Assembly (NCBI GenBank): GCA_046297555.1
Contig: JBKBHW010000002.1
Coordinates: forward strand, 14,385-78,384
Source of the DNA: Aquificaceae bacterium
GTDB lineage: Bacteria > Aquificota > Aquificia > Aquificales > Aquificaceae
Reading direction: 5' to 3'
Length of the DNA stretch: 64,000 nt
Positions 1-10,935 of the stretch are shown here, one piece after another (the first letter of the stretch is position 1; every line of letters begins with the position of its first letter). The notes beneath the pieces were generated by a model that saw only the letters and a list, made by a program, of their open reading frames with translations, had not been told where the DNA came from and did not search any database. The translations under genes were made by a program, and so were the position numbers.

Positions 1-373
1 TTTGGTAGTCATAATAGGTGGAAGAACATTTTAAACACTTCACTCTCCATATGTTTCCATGAAGCTCCACCATTCTCTTTGAGCCAGCTTTTTGATGAAG
101 TCCGTCCACATTCTGGGTTATAAGAAAAAAGTTATCGCCAAGCCTTTCCTCCAAATTGACAAGGATTTTGTGTCCCTCGTTGGGTTCGGCTTTGGCTATT
201 ATGCTCCTTCTCCAAAGGTACCACTCCCAAACAAGGGAAGGGTTTCTTCTGAAAGCCTCCGGGGTTGCAAGCTCTTCGGGCTTAAAGTTTTTCCAAAGAC
301 CCCCTTTTCCTCTAAAGGTAGGTACCCCACTCTCCGAAGATATACCAGCACCCGTAAGAACCACCACTTTCAT
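1..373 (-). CDS. cobB: NAD-dependent protein deacylase (sirtuin/Sir2), partial, runs off the left edge
   Basis: Not in the ORF track. Hand translation from ATG at 373 gives [27 protein letters not shown]...[24 protein letters not shown], with the sirtuin GAGxS, TQNVD and HG motifs. Confidence 0.93.
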   Translation of the reverse strand, partial: MKVVVLTGAGISSESGVPTFRGKGGLWKNFKPEELATPEAFRRNPSLVWEWYLWRRSIIAKAEPNEGHKILVNLEERLGDNFFLITQNVDGLHQKAGSKRMVELHGNIWRVKCLKCSSTYYDYQ

Positions 374-390
374 GGAATAATATTTAAACC

Positions 391-1503
391 ATGAGAAGCC
401 CCTTTTACCAAGTACCAAAGAAGCTATGGAGAAGCTACCAATGGCAGATACAAAACAGGATAAGGACAAAGGAAGAGCTAAAGAAATACATTAACCTTAC
501 AAAGGAAGAAGAGGAGGGTATAGACAAAACAGAAGGATTTTACCCCATGGCTATAACACCTTATTACCTTTCCCTTATGGACCCAAAAGACCCAAAGGAC
601 CCCATAAGACTTCAAGCCGTACCAAGGGCGGTGGAAGTGGATGGAGAAGTGCAAGCTCAAGGGGAAGAAGATCCTTTCAAAGAAGAGGGAGAGATTCCCG
701 GCCTTACCCACCGATACCCCGATAGGGTGCTTTTTACCCTTACCAGTTTTTGCGCCGTGTATTGCAGGCATTGTATGAGGAAAAGGATCTTCAAAGAGGG
801 GGAGAGGGCAAGAACAAAGGAGGAAATTGACAGGTTTATAGACTATATAAAAAAACATGAGGAAGTAAGGGAGGTAATTTTGTCTGGTGGTGAACCTCTT
901 TCTGTAAGCAATGAAAAGTTAAACTATGTGCTTTCAAAGATAAGGCAGGTGTCCCATGTGGAAATAATAAGAATAAACACAAGGCTTCCAGTTTTGGCAC
1001 CACAAAGGTTTTTTGACGATGAACTTCTGAGCATCTTGGAAAGACATTCACCCCTATGGATAAACACCCACTTTAACCATCCAAGGGAGATAACGGAGGA
1101 ATCTGCAGAGGCTATAGAAAGGCTTTTAAGACATGGCATTCCGGTAAACAATCAAACGGTGCTTTTGAAAGGGGTCAACGATAGCCCAGAGATTATGCTA
1201 AGGCTTTTTAGAGGTCTGCTTATGATAAAGGTAAGGCCTGTTTATCTCTTTCATTGCGACCCTGTAAAAGGAGCGGTGCACTTTAGAACAAGCTTAGAAA
1301 AGGGCCTTGAAATAATGGAATACCTAAGAGGGAAGATTTCAGGCATGGGCATACCTACCTATGCAGTAGACCTACCCGGTGGAAAGGGTAAAGTGCCAAT
1401 AAGCCCCAATTATATACTCCAAAAGAAGGGAGATACGTACACCTTTAAAAGCCCTCTTGGAGGTTTTGTGGAATACACTATTTCTGATGGGGAAATACTT
1501 TAG
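391..1503 (+). CDS. kamA: KamA-family radical SAM protein (lysine 2,3-aminomutase-like)
   Basis: HRYPDRVL, CxxxCxxC (CAVYCRHC), [16 protein letters not shown], and C-terminal PGGKGK PLP-lysine region. Exact substrate (free lysine vs EF-P pathway) not determinable. Confidence 0.85.
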   Translation: MRSPFYQVPKKLWRSYQWQIQNRIRTKEELKKYINLTKEEEEGIDKTEGFYPMAITPYYLSLMDPKDPKDPIRLQAVPRAVEVDGEVQAQGEEDPFKEEGEIPGLTHRYPDRVLFTLTSFCAVYCRHCMRKRIFKEGERARTKEEIDRFIDYIKKHEEVREVILSGGEPLSVSNEKLNYVLSKIRQVSHVEIIRINTRLPVLAPQRFFDDELLSILERHSPLWINTHFNHPREITEESAEAIERLLRHGIPVNNQTVLLKGVNDSPEIMLRLFRGLLMIKVRPVYLFHCDPVKGAVHFRTSLEKGLEIMEYLRGKISGMGIPTYAVDLPGGKGKVPISPNYILQKKGDTYTFKSPLGGFVEYTISDGEIL

Positions 1504-2251
1504 AGCCCTCCTTCTGTCCTTGTTAGACCTACTTAAAGGAGATGTAGCCTATCACAGCGCCTCTTTGACCTATCAATTTTTGACAGTAATTGGCTCTATT
1601 ATAATGGTGCTGGCCTTTATATCCATGTATTTACCCTTTCTTGACCCCATAAAGATTTATCAACACCTTCAAGAAATTGTACCTTCCTATGCAGAGGACA
1701 TATTAAACAAAATACTTCCAGCTTATAAAAAAAGGGCTCATGGGTCAGTTATCTCTTTTGCCATCGCCTATTACTTCTCCTTATCCTTTGCCAAAGCTTT
1801 GAATACAGCCTTCGGCTTTATGCATGGTAAAAAGCCTGTAGAAAGAGAGCTCTTTTTCTGGACCATAATGCCCCTTGTGATAATCCTTTATGCCATACTT
1901 CTTTCTTTTGCTGTAGTTTTAATTGCTATAAGTAAGGCTCTTCTTGGTGGTGTATACTACAAGATTGCAGAGGCTTCCAATTTGTTTATCTTGTTTTTAA
2001 CACTTGCCATGCTCTACTCATTGTACTTTAAACTCAAAAAAGCTACCCTTTTTGCTTCCGCTCTTGTAGCCCTTATGCTGCTTTTGCTAAATAAAGCCTT
2101 TTCTCTTATAGTGGTTAAAATGATCAGTCTAAGCCCACTTTATAGCATAGTAGGATCTCCCCTTCTTTTACTTTTGTGGCTGTATTACTCTTTCTCCTGC
2201 CTTTTGGTGGGTGTTAGGATAATAGCCAGGTTAGACAAGCCTTTCCAGTAA
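1487..2251 (+). CDS. YihY/BrkB (virulence factor BrkB) family membrane protein
   Basis: AYHSASLTYQFL N-terminal motif, about 6 hydrophobic segments, YSIVGSPLLLLLWLYYS C-terminal motif. Start trimmed to ATG 1487. Confidence 0.75.
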   Translation: MGKYFRALLLSLLDLLKGDVAYHSASLTYQFLTVIGSIIMVLAFISMYLPFLDPIKIYQHLQEIVPSYAEDILNKILPAYKKRAHGSVISFAIAYYFSLSFAKALNTAFGFMHGKKPVERELFFWTIMPLVIILYAILLSFAVVLIAISKALLGGVYYKIAEASNLFILFLTLAMLYSLYFKLKKATLFASALVALMLLLLNKAFSLIVVKMISLSPLYSIVGSPLLLLLWLYYSFSCLLVGVRIIARLDKPFQ

Positions 2252-2632
2252 GTTGTTGGCTCCGTTTAACTTCTGGTAAGCGCTGGAGATCACATAGTAT
2301 ATCTGTTCACCCTCCGCTATAGAAAGGTCATAAAGTGTAATGCTAAGGTCCTTAAGCACTTGGTAAAGGGTGGTGTACAGATTTTCGTCCAATTTTTTCT
2401 CCGGGTTTGGTATTTCCTTATAGGCTTTCATTATATAATCACACATGCCCTTTATACTCTTTGCTATGTTGACTATCTCGGGGTCATGGGCGTATATCTG
2501 CATAACCTCTGCATACCTTTCCTCTATCTCCTTGTAGGTGCTCTTAAAAAGTAAGTCTTCTAAAAAGAAGAGTTCTTTTTCCATGGCCAATCCTCTTCTG
2601 TATAAATATGGTCTTTTGAGATGTATTTTCAA
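2231..2632 (-). CDS. hypothetical helical protein
   Basis: 133-aa ORF with ATGA overlap to the upstream LOG gene; alternative start at 2584 with AGAGG RBS. Confidence 0.65.
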   Translation of the reverse strand: MKIHLKRPYLYRRGLAMEKELFFLEDLLFKSTYKEIEERYAEVMQIYAHDPEIVNIAKSIKGMCDYIMKAYKEIPNPEKKLDENLYTTLYQVLKDLSITLYDLSIAEGEQIYYVISSAYQKLNGANNLLERLV

Positions 2633-3081
2633 CTGACATATTTGTCCAAAAAGATAAGGATTTCTGACAGGTTGCTTGCCTGAAGTAGTCCTTCTATGTT
2701 ATGGGTTTTATAACCGATTATGGGCTTTCCCAATATGAGGGCATAGGCTATTTCCGAAAGGGTTCCCCAATTGCCACCTATATCTATCACCACATCGCCG
2801 CTGGCTACCACCAGAGGGTTTCTGTTCCAATTCATGCCGGTCCTTATCTTTATATCCACATAGGGGTTTGCCTCTTCCCCCTCATAGGAAGGAAGTATGC
2901 CTACAGTTAGCCCCTTGGCTTCCTTTGCGCCTTTGCATACCGCTTCCATAACACCGCTCCGTCCTCCACATACTACCACCAAACCCCTCTTGGCTATTTC
3001 TTTACCAAGCTCATAGGCTATTTTGTATTCCTCTTCCTCCGGCTTTGCCGCTGATGAACCTATGACAGCCACCTGCCTCAT
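2629..3081 (-). CDS. TIGR00725 / LOG (SLOG) family protein
   Basis: VAVIGSS, VVCGGRSGVMEAVCKGA, GILP and GGNWGTLSEIA motifs. Confidence 0.85.
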   Translation of the reverse strand: MRQVAVIGSSAAKPEEEEYKIAYELGKEIAKRGLVVVCGGRSGVMEAVCKGAKEAKGLTVGILPSYEGEEANPYVDIKIRTGMNWNRNPLVVASGDVVIDIGGNWGTLSEIAYALILGKPIIGYKTHNIEGLLQASNLSEILIFLDKYVS

Positions 3082-3104
3082 ATTTTTTTAAGTATAAGGG
3101 AATA

Positions 3105-3391
3105 TACGCCGGGTGAGAAATTATCTTTTGGTGGATGTTTAATATCTCAAAGGGCGTCTTCATAGCAAAGGAAGAAGAACCACATTCCTTAGATCTATTG
3201 CGTAGCAGTAGGTAGCGCGGGCATCCTTGCCCGCGATCTTTGATTGATTTTTTTCACAGGTAATAGCCTTTGCCACCTTTCCTTAAACTACGAGAGCGAA
3301 AAAGAGCCCTTATGTTATTGCGCAAGAAGTTTAACGGATAGGCGTCTCATAAACCATCCCTATAAAGGTTGAATTTCTCACCCAGCGCATA
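3105..3391. mobile_element. Non-autonomous MITE-like element with inverted termini and an internal REP doublet (most complete copy)
   Basis: TACGCCGGGTGAGAAATT at 3105-3122 and inverted AATTTCTCACCCAGCGCATA at 3372-3391. Inside: hairpin GTAGCGCGGGCATCCTTGCCCGCG (3212-3235), a decayed partner (3255-3276) and the AAAGAGCCCTTATGTTATTGCGCAAGAAG module. A third decayed terminus lies at 3410-3426. Confidence 0.7.
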
Positions 3392-3467
3392 GTTTTTAAG
3401 TGTAAAGAATATGCCGTGAGAAATTCAATAAACTTCTTGCATAATAAGGTATACCCCGTTATAGAGT

Positions 3468-6260
3468 TCATGCTTGAATTTTTTCCCTTTCCGCCAGTAC
3501 TTTCCTCAGATACAGCCCCGTGTAAGAGTTCTCCCTTTGGGCTATCTCCTCCGGTGGTCCCACTGCCACTACATAACCACCCCTTTCTCCTCCCTCCGGA
3601 CCAAGGTCTATAATCCAATCTGCGCTTTTTATAACATCAAGGTTATGCTCTATGACCACTACCGTGTTTCCTTTGTCCACAAGCCTCTGTAGTATGTCTA
3701 TAAGCTTTTTCACATCGTCCATGTGAAGGCCTGTGGTGGGCTCGTCCAAAAGGTAAAGAGTCCTGCCCGTTTCCTTTTTAGATAGCTCTCTTGAAAGCTT
3801 TATCCTTTGGGCTTCTCCACCAGACAAAGTGGTGGCTGGCTGACCAAGTTTTATATAGCCAAGGCCTATATCCTTTAAAAGCTGCAGCTTCCTCCTTATG
3901 GTGGGTATATTCTCAAAGAATTCGTAGGCTTCGTCCACCGTCATATCAAGCACGTCCGTTATGTTTTTACCCTTATAAAGAATGTCAAGGGTCTCCCTGT
4001 TGTACCTTTTGCCCTTACATACATCACAAGTCACATACAGGGGTGGTAAAAAGTGCATCTCCACCCTTATCACACCCTCACCCTGACAAGCTTCACACCT
4101 TCCACCTTTCACATTGAAAGAAAACCTTCCGGCGTTGTAGCCCCTTGCCCTTGCCTCGGGGGTCTGGGAAAAGAGCTCCCTTATATGGTCAAAGACCTTG
4201 GTGTAAGTGGCTGGGTTTGACCTTGGAGTCCTTCCTATGGGGGACTGATCTATGTTTATAACCTTATCAAAGTGTTCAAGGCCCTCTATGCTATCAAAGC
4301 CTTCCACTTCTGCATTGCCCCCATAAAAGAGAGCCCTGCTGTACTCCCAAAGGATATCGTATATGAGGGTAGATTTACCACTACCAGAGACTCCAGTGAT
4401 GCATACAAAGAGACCAACTGGAATTTCCACCGTAATATTCTTTAGGTTGTGCTTTTTTGCCCCCACTATCCTAAGCCATTTATCTTTGGGTTTTCTCCTT
4501 TTGTCTGGCACTGGTATGGAGAGCCTTCCCGAAAAGTAGGCGCCGGTAAGGGACCGCTCATCCCTTAGCATGTCCTCAACCCTTCCTTGAAAGACTACCT
4601 CACCACCCTTCTTGCCCGCCCCCGGACCCATATCAACCACCCAATCTGCGCTTAATATGGTCTCCGGGTCGTGTTCCACCACTATAACCGTGTTGCCAAG
4701 GTTCCTTAGATCCTTAAGGGTGTTTATAAGCTTTTCTGTGTCCCTTGGATGCAAGCCTATGGAGGGCTCATCAAGCACATAAAGAACTCCGGTAAGCTTA
4801 GAGCCTATCTGTGTGGCAAGCCTAATACGTTGCATCTCACCCCCAGAAAGGGTGGTGGCGCTGCGAGCAAGGTTTAGATAATCAAGCCCCACATTTATGA
4901 GAAAGCTAAGCCTGTCAGAAATTTCTTTTATCAACCTTTCCGCCACTATAAGGCTCTTGCCCTCAAGCTTGTAAGGAAGCTTATCAAAAAACTCCTTTGC
5001 CGACCTTATGGGCATACAGGATATTTCCCATATGCTTTTTCCATCCACAAGCACAGAAAGAGCCTCTGGCCTAAGTCTGGCACCGCCGCACTCAGGACAA
5101 GGCTTTTCCCTTATGAACTCCGATATCTCCTCCCTCAGCCTTTCTGACTCTTCTTCCAAAAACCTCCTCTCCAAATGCTTTACTACACCTTCAAAGCTTC
5201 CCCCGTCAAGGGAACCACCATAGAGCAAAAAGCTCCTTATTCCGCTGGGTAGATCCTGCCATGGGGTCTTTGGGTTGTATCCCAGTTTTCTCAGTATGTT
5301 CATTATGGGGTATTTTAGGTACTCAAAAAAGGAAGATTCAGTTATCCTTATGGCGTCCACCGCCGGCTCCCTTTCGTCTATTAAAAGCTTTACATCCACC
5401 TCCCATTTTACACCCAAGCCCTTACAGGCCGGACAGGCACCGTAGGGGGAGTTGAAGGAAAAAAGCCTTGGGGAAAGCTCTGGAATGGAAAAGCCATGAT
5501 CTGGGCAGGTTAGCCTCTCGCTAAAAATTTCTTCCCTTTGAGTATCCACCTCCTCCACCTTCAAAAGACCCTTGGACAGCTCAAGGGCCTTCTCTATGGC
5601 TGTAAGCAGCCTTGCCCTCTCTTCTTCATCAAGGGTAAGCCTGTCTACCACTAAATCCACATGGTGCTTTTTGTTTTTGTCTAAAGGTGGCACCTCAACT
5701 ATCCTCATATATTCCCCATCCACCTTTACCCTTGAAAAGCCCATCTTATCAAGCTCTTTAAACAGCTCCTTAAACTCACCCTTCTTGCCCCTAACCAAGG
5801 GAGACAGCAAGCTTATGCGCTTTCCTTTGTACTTTTCCCAGACCTTTTCCAATATTTCATGGGCTGAAAGCCCTTCAAGCAACCTTCCGCACTCTGGACA
5901 ATGGGGCTTTCCTATGTTTGCCCAAAGGACCCTCATATAGTCGTATATCTCCGTTACGGTGCCAACGGTAGAACGTGGGTTTTTGGAAGTGGTTTTTTGA
6001 TCTATCGCTATGGCTGGAGATAAACCCTCTATAATATCCACCTCTGGTTTTTCCATAATGCCAAGGAACTGCCTTGCATAGGAAGAGAGCGATTCTACAT
6101 ACCTCCTTTGCCCCTCCGCATATATGGTATCAAAGGCAAGGGAGGATTTGCCAGAGCCAGAAGGTCCGGTTATAACCACAAGCTTGTTCTTTGGTATATC
6201 AAGGTTTATGTTTTTTAGATTATGCTGACGGGCACCCCTTATTATGATCTTGTCGTACAT
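3468..6260 (-). CDS. uvrA: Excinuclease ABC subunit A
   Basis: Two ABC ATPase modules ([18 protein letters not shown]; [16 protein letters not shown]; LDEP), zinc-finger Cys pairs, 930 aa. Confidence 0.99.
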   Translation of the reverse strand: MYDKIIIRGARQHNLKNINLDIPKNKLVVITGPSGSGKSSLAFDTIYAEGQRRYVESLSSYARQFLGIMEKPEVDIIEGLSPAIAIDQKTTSKNPRSTVGTVTEIYDYMRVLWANIGKPHCPECGRLLEGLSAHEILEKVWEKYKGKRISLLSPLVRGKKGEFKELFKELDKMGFSRVKVDGEYMRIVEVPPLDKNKKHHVDLVVDRLTLDEEERARLLTAIEKALELSKGLLKVEEVDTQREEIFSERLTCPDHGFSIPELSPRLFSFNSPYGACPACKGLGVKWEVDVKLLIDEREPAVDAIRITESSFFEYLKYPIMNILRKLGYNPKTPWQDLPSGIRSFLLYGGSLDGGSFEGVVKHLERRFLEEESERLREEISEFIREKPCPECGGARLRPEALSVLVDGKSIWEISCMPIRSAKEFFDKLPYKLEGKSLIVAERLIKEISDRLSFLINVGLDYLNLARSATTLSGGEMQRIRLATQIGSKLTGVLYVLDEPSIGLHPRDTEKLINTLKDLRNLGNTVIVVEHDPETILSADWVVDMGPGAGKKGGEVVFQGRVEDMLRDERSLTGAYFSGRLSIPVPDKRRKPKDKWLRIVGAKKHNLKNITVEIPVGLFVCITGVSGSGKSTLIYDILWEYSRALFYGGNAEVEGFDSIEGLEHFDKVINIDQSPIGRTPRSNPATYTKVFDHIRELFSQTPEARARGYNAGRFSFNVKGGRCEACQGEGVIRVEMHFLPPLYVTCDVCKGKRYNRETLDILYKGKNITDVLDMTVDEAYEFFENIPTIRRKLQLLKDIGLGYIKLGQPATTLSGGEAQRIKLSRELSKKETGRTLYLLDEPTTGLHMDDVKKLIDILQRLVDKGNTVVVIEHNLDVIKSADWIIDLGPEGGERGGYVVAVGPPEEIAQRENSYTGLYLRKVLAEREKIQA

Positions 6261-6296
6261 GCTCCACTTCTGACTGTGTTATAATTTAGGAAAAAG

Positions 6297-6917
6297 ATGG
6301 AAAAAATTCAAGAGATTGTGGCAAGGCTTGAAAAGGTCTTTCCAGACAAGATAGAGCTGAATTTTTCTAACCCGCTTGAACTACTTGTGGCGGTGGTGCT
6401 TTCAGCCCAAACAACAGACAAAAAGGTAAATGAAGTTACACAAAGCCTCTTTAAAAAGTACAAAAGCTGTGAGGATTACCTAAGGGTTCCCATTGAAGAG
6501 TTGGAAAGGGATATAAGCTCCATAAACTACTACAGAAACAAGGCGAAGTTTATAAAGTCTGCCTGTCAAAAGATTGTGGAAGAGTTTGGGGGTAGGGTGC
6601 CAGATAGGATGGAAGACCTTGTCAAGCTCCCGGGCATAGGAAGAAAAAGCGCCAACATAATCCTTTATAATGCCTTTGGGAAAAAGGAGGGCATAGCGGT
6701 GGATACTCATGTGGCGAGGGTAAGCCAGAGGCTTGGACTTACCCAAGAAAAAAAGCTAGAGAACATAGAAAGGGACCTTATGGAGCAGGTTCCAAGGGAG
6801 CTTTGGGGCAAGTTTTCAAACCTTTTCATACTTCTTGGAAGGTATATATGTACGGCTCAAAAGCCAAAGCATTTTGAATGCCCCCTATATGACCTTTGCC
6901 CCTCAAGGGAACTATGA
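6297..6917 (+). CDS. nth: Endonuclease III (HhH-GPD Fe-S DNA glycosylase)
   Basis: LSAQTTD, Hh[17 protein letters not shown], and C-terminal Fe-S motif C-x6-H-x2-C-x5-C. Confidence 0.95.
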   Translation: MEKIQEIVARLEKVFPDKIELNFSNPLELLVAVVLSAQTTDKKVNEVTQSLFKKYKSCEDYLRVPIEELERDISSINYYRNKAKFIKSACQKIVEEFGGRVPDRMEDLVKLPGIGRKSANIILYNAFGKKEGIAVDTHVARVSQRLGLTQEKKLENIERDLMEQVPRELWGKFSNLFILLGRYICTAQKPKHFECPLYDLCPSREL

Positions 6918-7747
6918 TAGGTGTGGTTGGTGGAAGCGGCCTGTACAAGCTTGAAGGCTTTGAAATAGTAGACAAAATCAAGGTAAGGACACCCTTTGGA
7001 GACCCCTCCTCTCCCGTGGTAATGGTAAATGTGGCAGGGAAAAAGCTCTTTTTCCTCTCCAGACATGGAGAGGGACACACCTACCCACCCCATCTGGTTC
7101 CTTACAAGGCAAACCTCTGGGCTTTTAGGGAGCTGGGCATAAAAAGGGTAATAGCCATATCGGCGGTGGGGGGCATAAACAGGAAGCTTTCACCGGGAGA
7201 TTTTGTGGTGGTGAATGACCTTTTGGACTTTACAAAGAAGAGAAAGGACTCCTTTTATGAAGGCAAGTTTTCCCTCCCTGTAGATGGTGAGGATAAGGTG
7301 GCAAGGCTTTTAAAGGGGGGTAAGGTGGTCCATATAGACGCCACGCAGCTCTACTGCCCACAGATGAGAAGGGTTATGATTGGAGTACTTGAGAGGCTAA
7401 AGCTCCCTTACCATGCCTCCGGCGTCTACGCCTGCACGGAAGGTCCAAGGTTTGAAACACCTGCGGAGATAAGGATGATAGAGAGGTTGGGCGGTGATGT
7501 AGTGGGTATGACGGGCTATCCTGAAGTTGTCCTTGCAAGAGAGCTTACCATGTGTTATATGAGCCTTTGTGTGGTGGCAAACCCGGCAGCGGGCATTGCA
7601 GGCTACCGTCTAACAAGCGAGGAGGTTATAAACCTTATGAAACAAAAGGAAGAGGAGATAGGAAGGGTTCTTGCCGAGTTTGTAAAGGAATTGCCAGAGG
7701 AAAGGGACTGTGGATGTGAGAAGATTTTAGATGGTGCAGAGGTTTAA
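6914..7747 (+). CDS. mtnP: Methylthioadenosine/methylthioinosine phosphorylase (PNP/MTAP family)
   Basis: [33 protein letters not shown] motifs. Start at 6914 overlaps the nth stop (ATGA). Confidence 0.88.
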   Translation: MIGVVGGSGLYKLEGFEIVDKIKVRTPFGDPSSPVVMVNVAGKKLFFLSRHGEGHTYPPHLVPYKANLWAFRELGIKRVIAISAVGGINRKLSPGDFVVVNDLLDFTKKRKDSFYEGKFSLPVDGEDKVARLLKGGKVVHIDATQLYCPQMRRVMIGVLERLKLPYHASGVYACTEGPRFETPAEIRMIERLGGDVVGMTGYPEVVLARELTMCYMSLCVVANPAAGIAGYRLTSEEVINLMKQKEEEIGRVLAEFVKELPEERDCGCEKILDGAEV

Positions 7748-7790
7748 ACAAGGGCTTCCTTACAAACTTGCTTGTGTATTTAAAAATACT

Positions 7791-7970
7791 GCACAGGCAG
7801 GAGTGTCTGTGCTACATAGTCAAAAACAAAAATCATTCTCAAACATACGCCGGGTGAGAAATTGCTTTCTTAGGTTTTGTCTTCACATGTTCAAAATTTC
7901 ATAGTAGGGGCACGCCGCGGCGTGCCCCCACAAAAGGGAAAAAGAGCCCTTAGATTGTTGCGCAAGAATG
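7791..7970. repeat. REP/MITE-family repeat cluster
   Basis: Type-B REP in reverse (7791-7815), terminus TACGCCGGGTGAGAAATT (7846-7863), type-C REP GTAGGGGCACGCCGCGGCGTGCCCC (7904-7928), and AAAGAGCCCTT...GCGCAAGAA module (about 7940-7968), between convergent genes. Confidence 0.8.
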
Positions 7971-9311
7971 CTAATATATCCTTCTTATCTCCCTTCTGTA
8001 TGCCCGATAAAAGATAAGAGCCCTTAAGGTGGTTTCAAGGCTCATAAAGACCCAAGGTACCAATGGGCTATGGATAAACTTAAGCATCAAGAGGGAGGGA
8101 AGTATTCTAAAGAGCCAAAAGGAGGAAAGGTTTACAAGAAGGGGTATGTGGGTTTTTCCCATTCCCTTTAAAGAGCCCGAGAAGATGCTGGCGTAAGCCA
8201 TCTGGGGCTGGGACAGGGCAACTATGACAAGGTAATAGACCGCATAGCTAATAACCTCTTGGTCCCTCGTGAATATAAGAGAAAAATGGTGGGGGAAAAG
8301 GGCTATTAGAAGGCCTATAAGGCCCATTGTAAGGGCGGTAAAATGGGCGCTTATTCTTATTCCGTAGTCAAGGCCTTTGAAGTTTTTTGCTCCATAGTTT
8401 TGACCTGCAAGGGTGGTAGATGCCACCATCATCCCAAAGCCTATCATAAAGGATACACTTTCAACCCTTAGGCCTACTTGATGGGCTGCCAAAACCTTAT
8501 CGCCAAACTGGGCAACAAGTCCAACAAAAACATTAAAGGAAAGGCTTGTAAAGGCCCTTTCTATGGCGGTGGGGGTGCCAATCCGTAGCATTTTTAAAAG
8601 TAGCCTTCCATCAAGGTTTAGCATTATGGGAAAGGGCTTTTTACAGCGTACATAAAGGTACACATAAAAGAAAAGCCCTACTATCTCCGAGAGGGCTATG
8701 CCCCATCCTGCTCCCGCCACCTCAAGCCTTGGAAAACCAAGCTTCCCATAAATGAGCACATAGGCGCTGCTTATGTTTACCACATTCATCAAAAGGGCAA
8801 CTTTGAAGGGGGTTTTAGTATCACCGTATCCGTTGTAGCCCGCATAAAGGGTGTTGGTTATAAAGCCTATGGTTATAAAGAGAAAAACGGGATTAAGGTA
8901 TTCTTTGGCAAGGCTTACCACATCTTGGGAGGCACCAAAGGCAAGCATAAGATGGGCTATGAGGTCTTTGCCAAGGAAGGTAAGGGGAAGGGCTATTAAA
9001 AGAGCTATTATGATACCCCAAAGGAGGGCGGGGGAGGGGTCCTTTTTTGCTCCTACCCTTTGGGCCACCAGCACCGTGGTGCCCGTGTAGGCAAGAGCCA
9101 TAAGGGAATACACAAACCACAGCATACTGGCGGAATATCCAACGGCGGCAACGGCTGTGGCAGATATGCCAGACACCAAGATAATAGAAAAGGCGCTTTC
9201 CACCGTGTATAGAAGGTTTGAAAGCACAATGGGTAGGGCAAGCCTTAGCACCCTGTTTATAACCCTAAGCTTACCTTCCGATGGGTCTATAAGAAGCCCT
9301 CTACTTTGCAT
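7971..9311 (-). CDS. MATE family efflux transporter
   Basis: 446 aa, about 12 TM; GYGDTKTPF, GAGWGIALS, AAHQV and GQNYGAKN MATE motifs. Confidence 0.92.
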   Translation of the reverse strand: MQSRGLLIDPSEGKLRVINRVLRLALPIVLSNLLYTVESAFSIILVSGISATAVAAVGYSASMLWFVYSLMALAYTGTTVLVAQRVGAKKDPSPALLWGIIIALLIALPLTFLGKDLIAHLMLAFGASQDVVSLAKEYLNPVFLFITIGFITNTLYAGYNGYGDTKTPFKVALLMNVVNISSAYVLIYGKLGFPRLEVAGAGWGIALSEIVGLFFYVYLYVRCKKPFPIMLNLDGRLLLKMLRIGTPTAIERAFTSLSFNVFVGLVAQFGDKVLAAHQVGLRVESVSFMIGFGMMVASTTLAGQNYGAKNFKGLDYGIRISAHFTALTMGLIGLLIALFPHHFSLIFTRDQEVISYAVYYLVIVALSQPQMAYASIFSGSLKGMGKTHIPLLVNLSSFWLFRILPSLLMLKFIHSPLVPWVFMSLETTLRALIFYRAYRREIRRIY

Positions 9312-10047
9312 AAACTTTCATAACCCTTAGAGTTTTTTCATAGCCAAGCTTGTATATCTCCTCCGCCTTTGAAAGGCTAAGGAGTGAGTATTTTAAAAGG
9401 TCTGGTTCAATGACCACATGGCAAAGCTCCTTCCTTTTATCCACATTGGACCTAACCGCCAAAAGGAAACTCCTCACAAGTATGTGAAATATATTCCTTA
9501 TCTTTTCCACTTCTTCGCTTGGGTTTACATCTACACCAACAAGGATGCCCTCCATGGAGATTAAAGGCTCCACGGGAAGGTTGTTGGTAACACTACCATC
9601 TATAAGAAGGTACTCTTTGTACCTAATGGGCTCAAAGATGCCCGGCAGGGCACAGCTACCCAAAAGGATGGGTACAAGGTCCCCCCTATCAAAGTAAAAG
9701 GTTTTCCCGCTCTTTATATCCAAGGCTCCTATAAAGAGTCTTTTCTTTGCTTTTTCAACGTACTTTGTGGATAGCATTCTGTTTAAATACTTCTCCGCTT
9801 CCTTCAAAGAGATAAGGCCAAGCCTTGGGAGGGTAGGCCTTAGGTATTTTAACCATTCCCTTGATTTGACTATTCTTAGCATCTCCTCGGGTGTATAACC
9901 GTCGCAGTAAAAGGCTGCCACAAGGGCCCCCGCACTTACACCACTTATGGCAGATATTTCAAAGCCAAGCTCCTCCAGAGCCTTTATAACACCAATATGG
10001 GCTATGCCACGGGCCGCACCACCCGAGAGAACAAGATTAACCTTCAT
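9301..10047 (-). CDS. Patatin-like phospholipase
   Basis: LSGGAARG glycine-rich loop, GVSAG nucleophile elbow, DGS motif. Confidence 0.9.
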   Translation of the reverse strand: MKVNLVLSGGAARGIAHIGVIKALEELGFEISAISGVSAGALVAAFYCDGYTPEEMLRIVKSREWLKYLRPTLPRLGLISLKEAEKYLNRMLSTKYVEKAKKRLFIGALDIKSGKTFYFDRGDLVPILLGSCALPGIFEPIRYKEYLLIDGSVTNNLPVEPLISMEGILVGVDVNPSEEVEKIRNIFHILVRSFLLAVRSNVDKRKELCHVVIEPDLLKYSLLSLSKAEEIYKLGYEKTLRVMKVYAK

Positions 10048-10510
10048 ACATTAAAAGGATATTACAAAAACAAGCCAAACCCTCTTCCTTACAAAAGCCC
10101 TCCCTGCTCTTTCCCTTTATAGATATGTCTTCCCGTGGTATTCCCAAAATCTTTGAAAGGTTTTCCCTTATAAGGCTTTTGTAAGGGGATATTTTGGGCT
10201 CATCGGCTACTATAACACAGTCAAGGCTAAGGATCTTATAACCCTTCTCCTTCATCCTTCTTAAAGTTTCTTCCAAAAATACCTCCGAGTTTGCCCCCTT
10301 CCACCTTGGGTCCTTGTCGGGGAAAAGCTCTCCTATGTCTGGCTCACCAAGGGCGCCCAATAGGGCGTCTGTAATGGCATGTAAAAGGGCATCTCCGTCA
10401 GAATGTCCCTTTAAGCCCTTTGGGAAATCTATGGGCACACCACCGAGCTTTAGGGGCTTTCCTTCTTCAAAGCTATGGGAATCAAAGCCCAAGCCTATGC
10501 GCAACTTCAT
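10037..10510 (-). CDS. ispF: 2-C-methyl-D-erythritol 2,4-cyclodiphosphate synthase
   Basis: RIGLGFDSH, GHSDGDALLHA, DIGELFP motifs. Start trimmed to ATG 10510. Confidence 0.96.
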   Translation of the reverse strand: MKLRIGLGFDSHSFEEGKPLKLGGVPIDFPKGLKGHSDGDALLHAITDALLGALGEPDIGELFPDKDPRWKGANSEVFLEETLRRMKEKGYKILSLDCVIVADEPKISPYKSLIRENLSKILGIPREDISIKGKSREGFCKEEGLACFCNILLMYEG

Positions 10511-10935
10511 TGGTTTAAAAACTGCATAAAGTAGAAGATAAGCCAACCTGTTATGGCCACATATATCCAAACAAAGGCGGTTATGGGGGCAATCCTTTTG
10601 TGCCTTTCAAAGACTCCCTTAAAGGCATACCTAAGGGTCATGACGGCAAGGGGGAAGTTTATTATGGCAAGGAAGGTATGGGACCAAAGAATAAAGAGAA
10701 ATAGGCCCTTGTAAGGCCCTGTGTATTTCCCAACGGGTACAAGTCCTTGGGCTTGAAGGAAGTTCCTTAAAAGATAAAGGAAGACGAATATAAGGGCAAA
10801 GACGGAAGCGGTTATCATAGCCCTTTTATGAGCTTCCCTTTTGCCCAACTTTATAAGGAAAATACCCACTATTATGGCTATCCCGCTTACGGCTATGGTT
10901 AACATACTTAAGGTGCTTATAAGGGATACAAGCAT
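10507..10935 (-). CDS. DUF420 family membrane protein
   Basis: 4 TM; HKRAM, HTFLA and HKRIAPIT...WIYVAITG pattern. Start trimmed to ATG 10935. Confidence 0.8.
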   Translation of the reverse strand: MLVSLISTLSMLTIAVSGIAIIVGIFLIKLGKREAHKRAMITASVFALIFVFLYLLRNFLQAQGLVPVGKYTGPYKGLFLFILWSHTFLAIINFPLAVMTLRYAFKGVFERHKRIAPITAFVWIYVAITGWLIFYFMQFLNQ

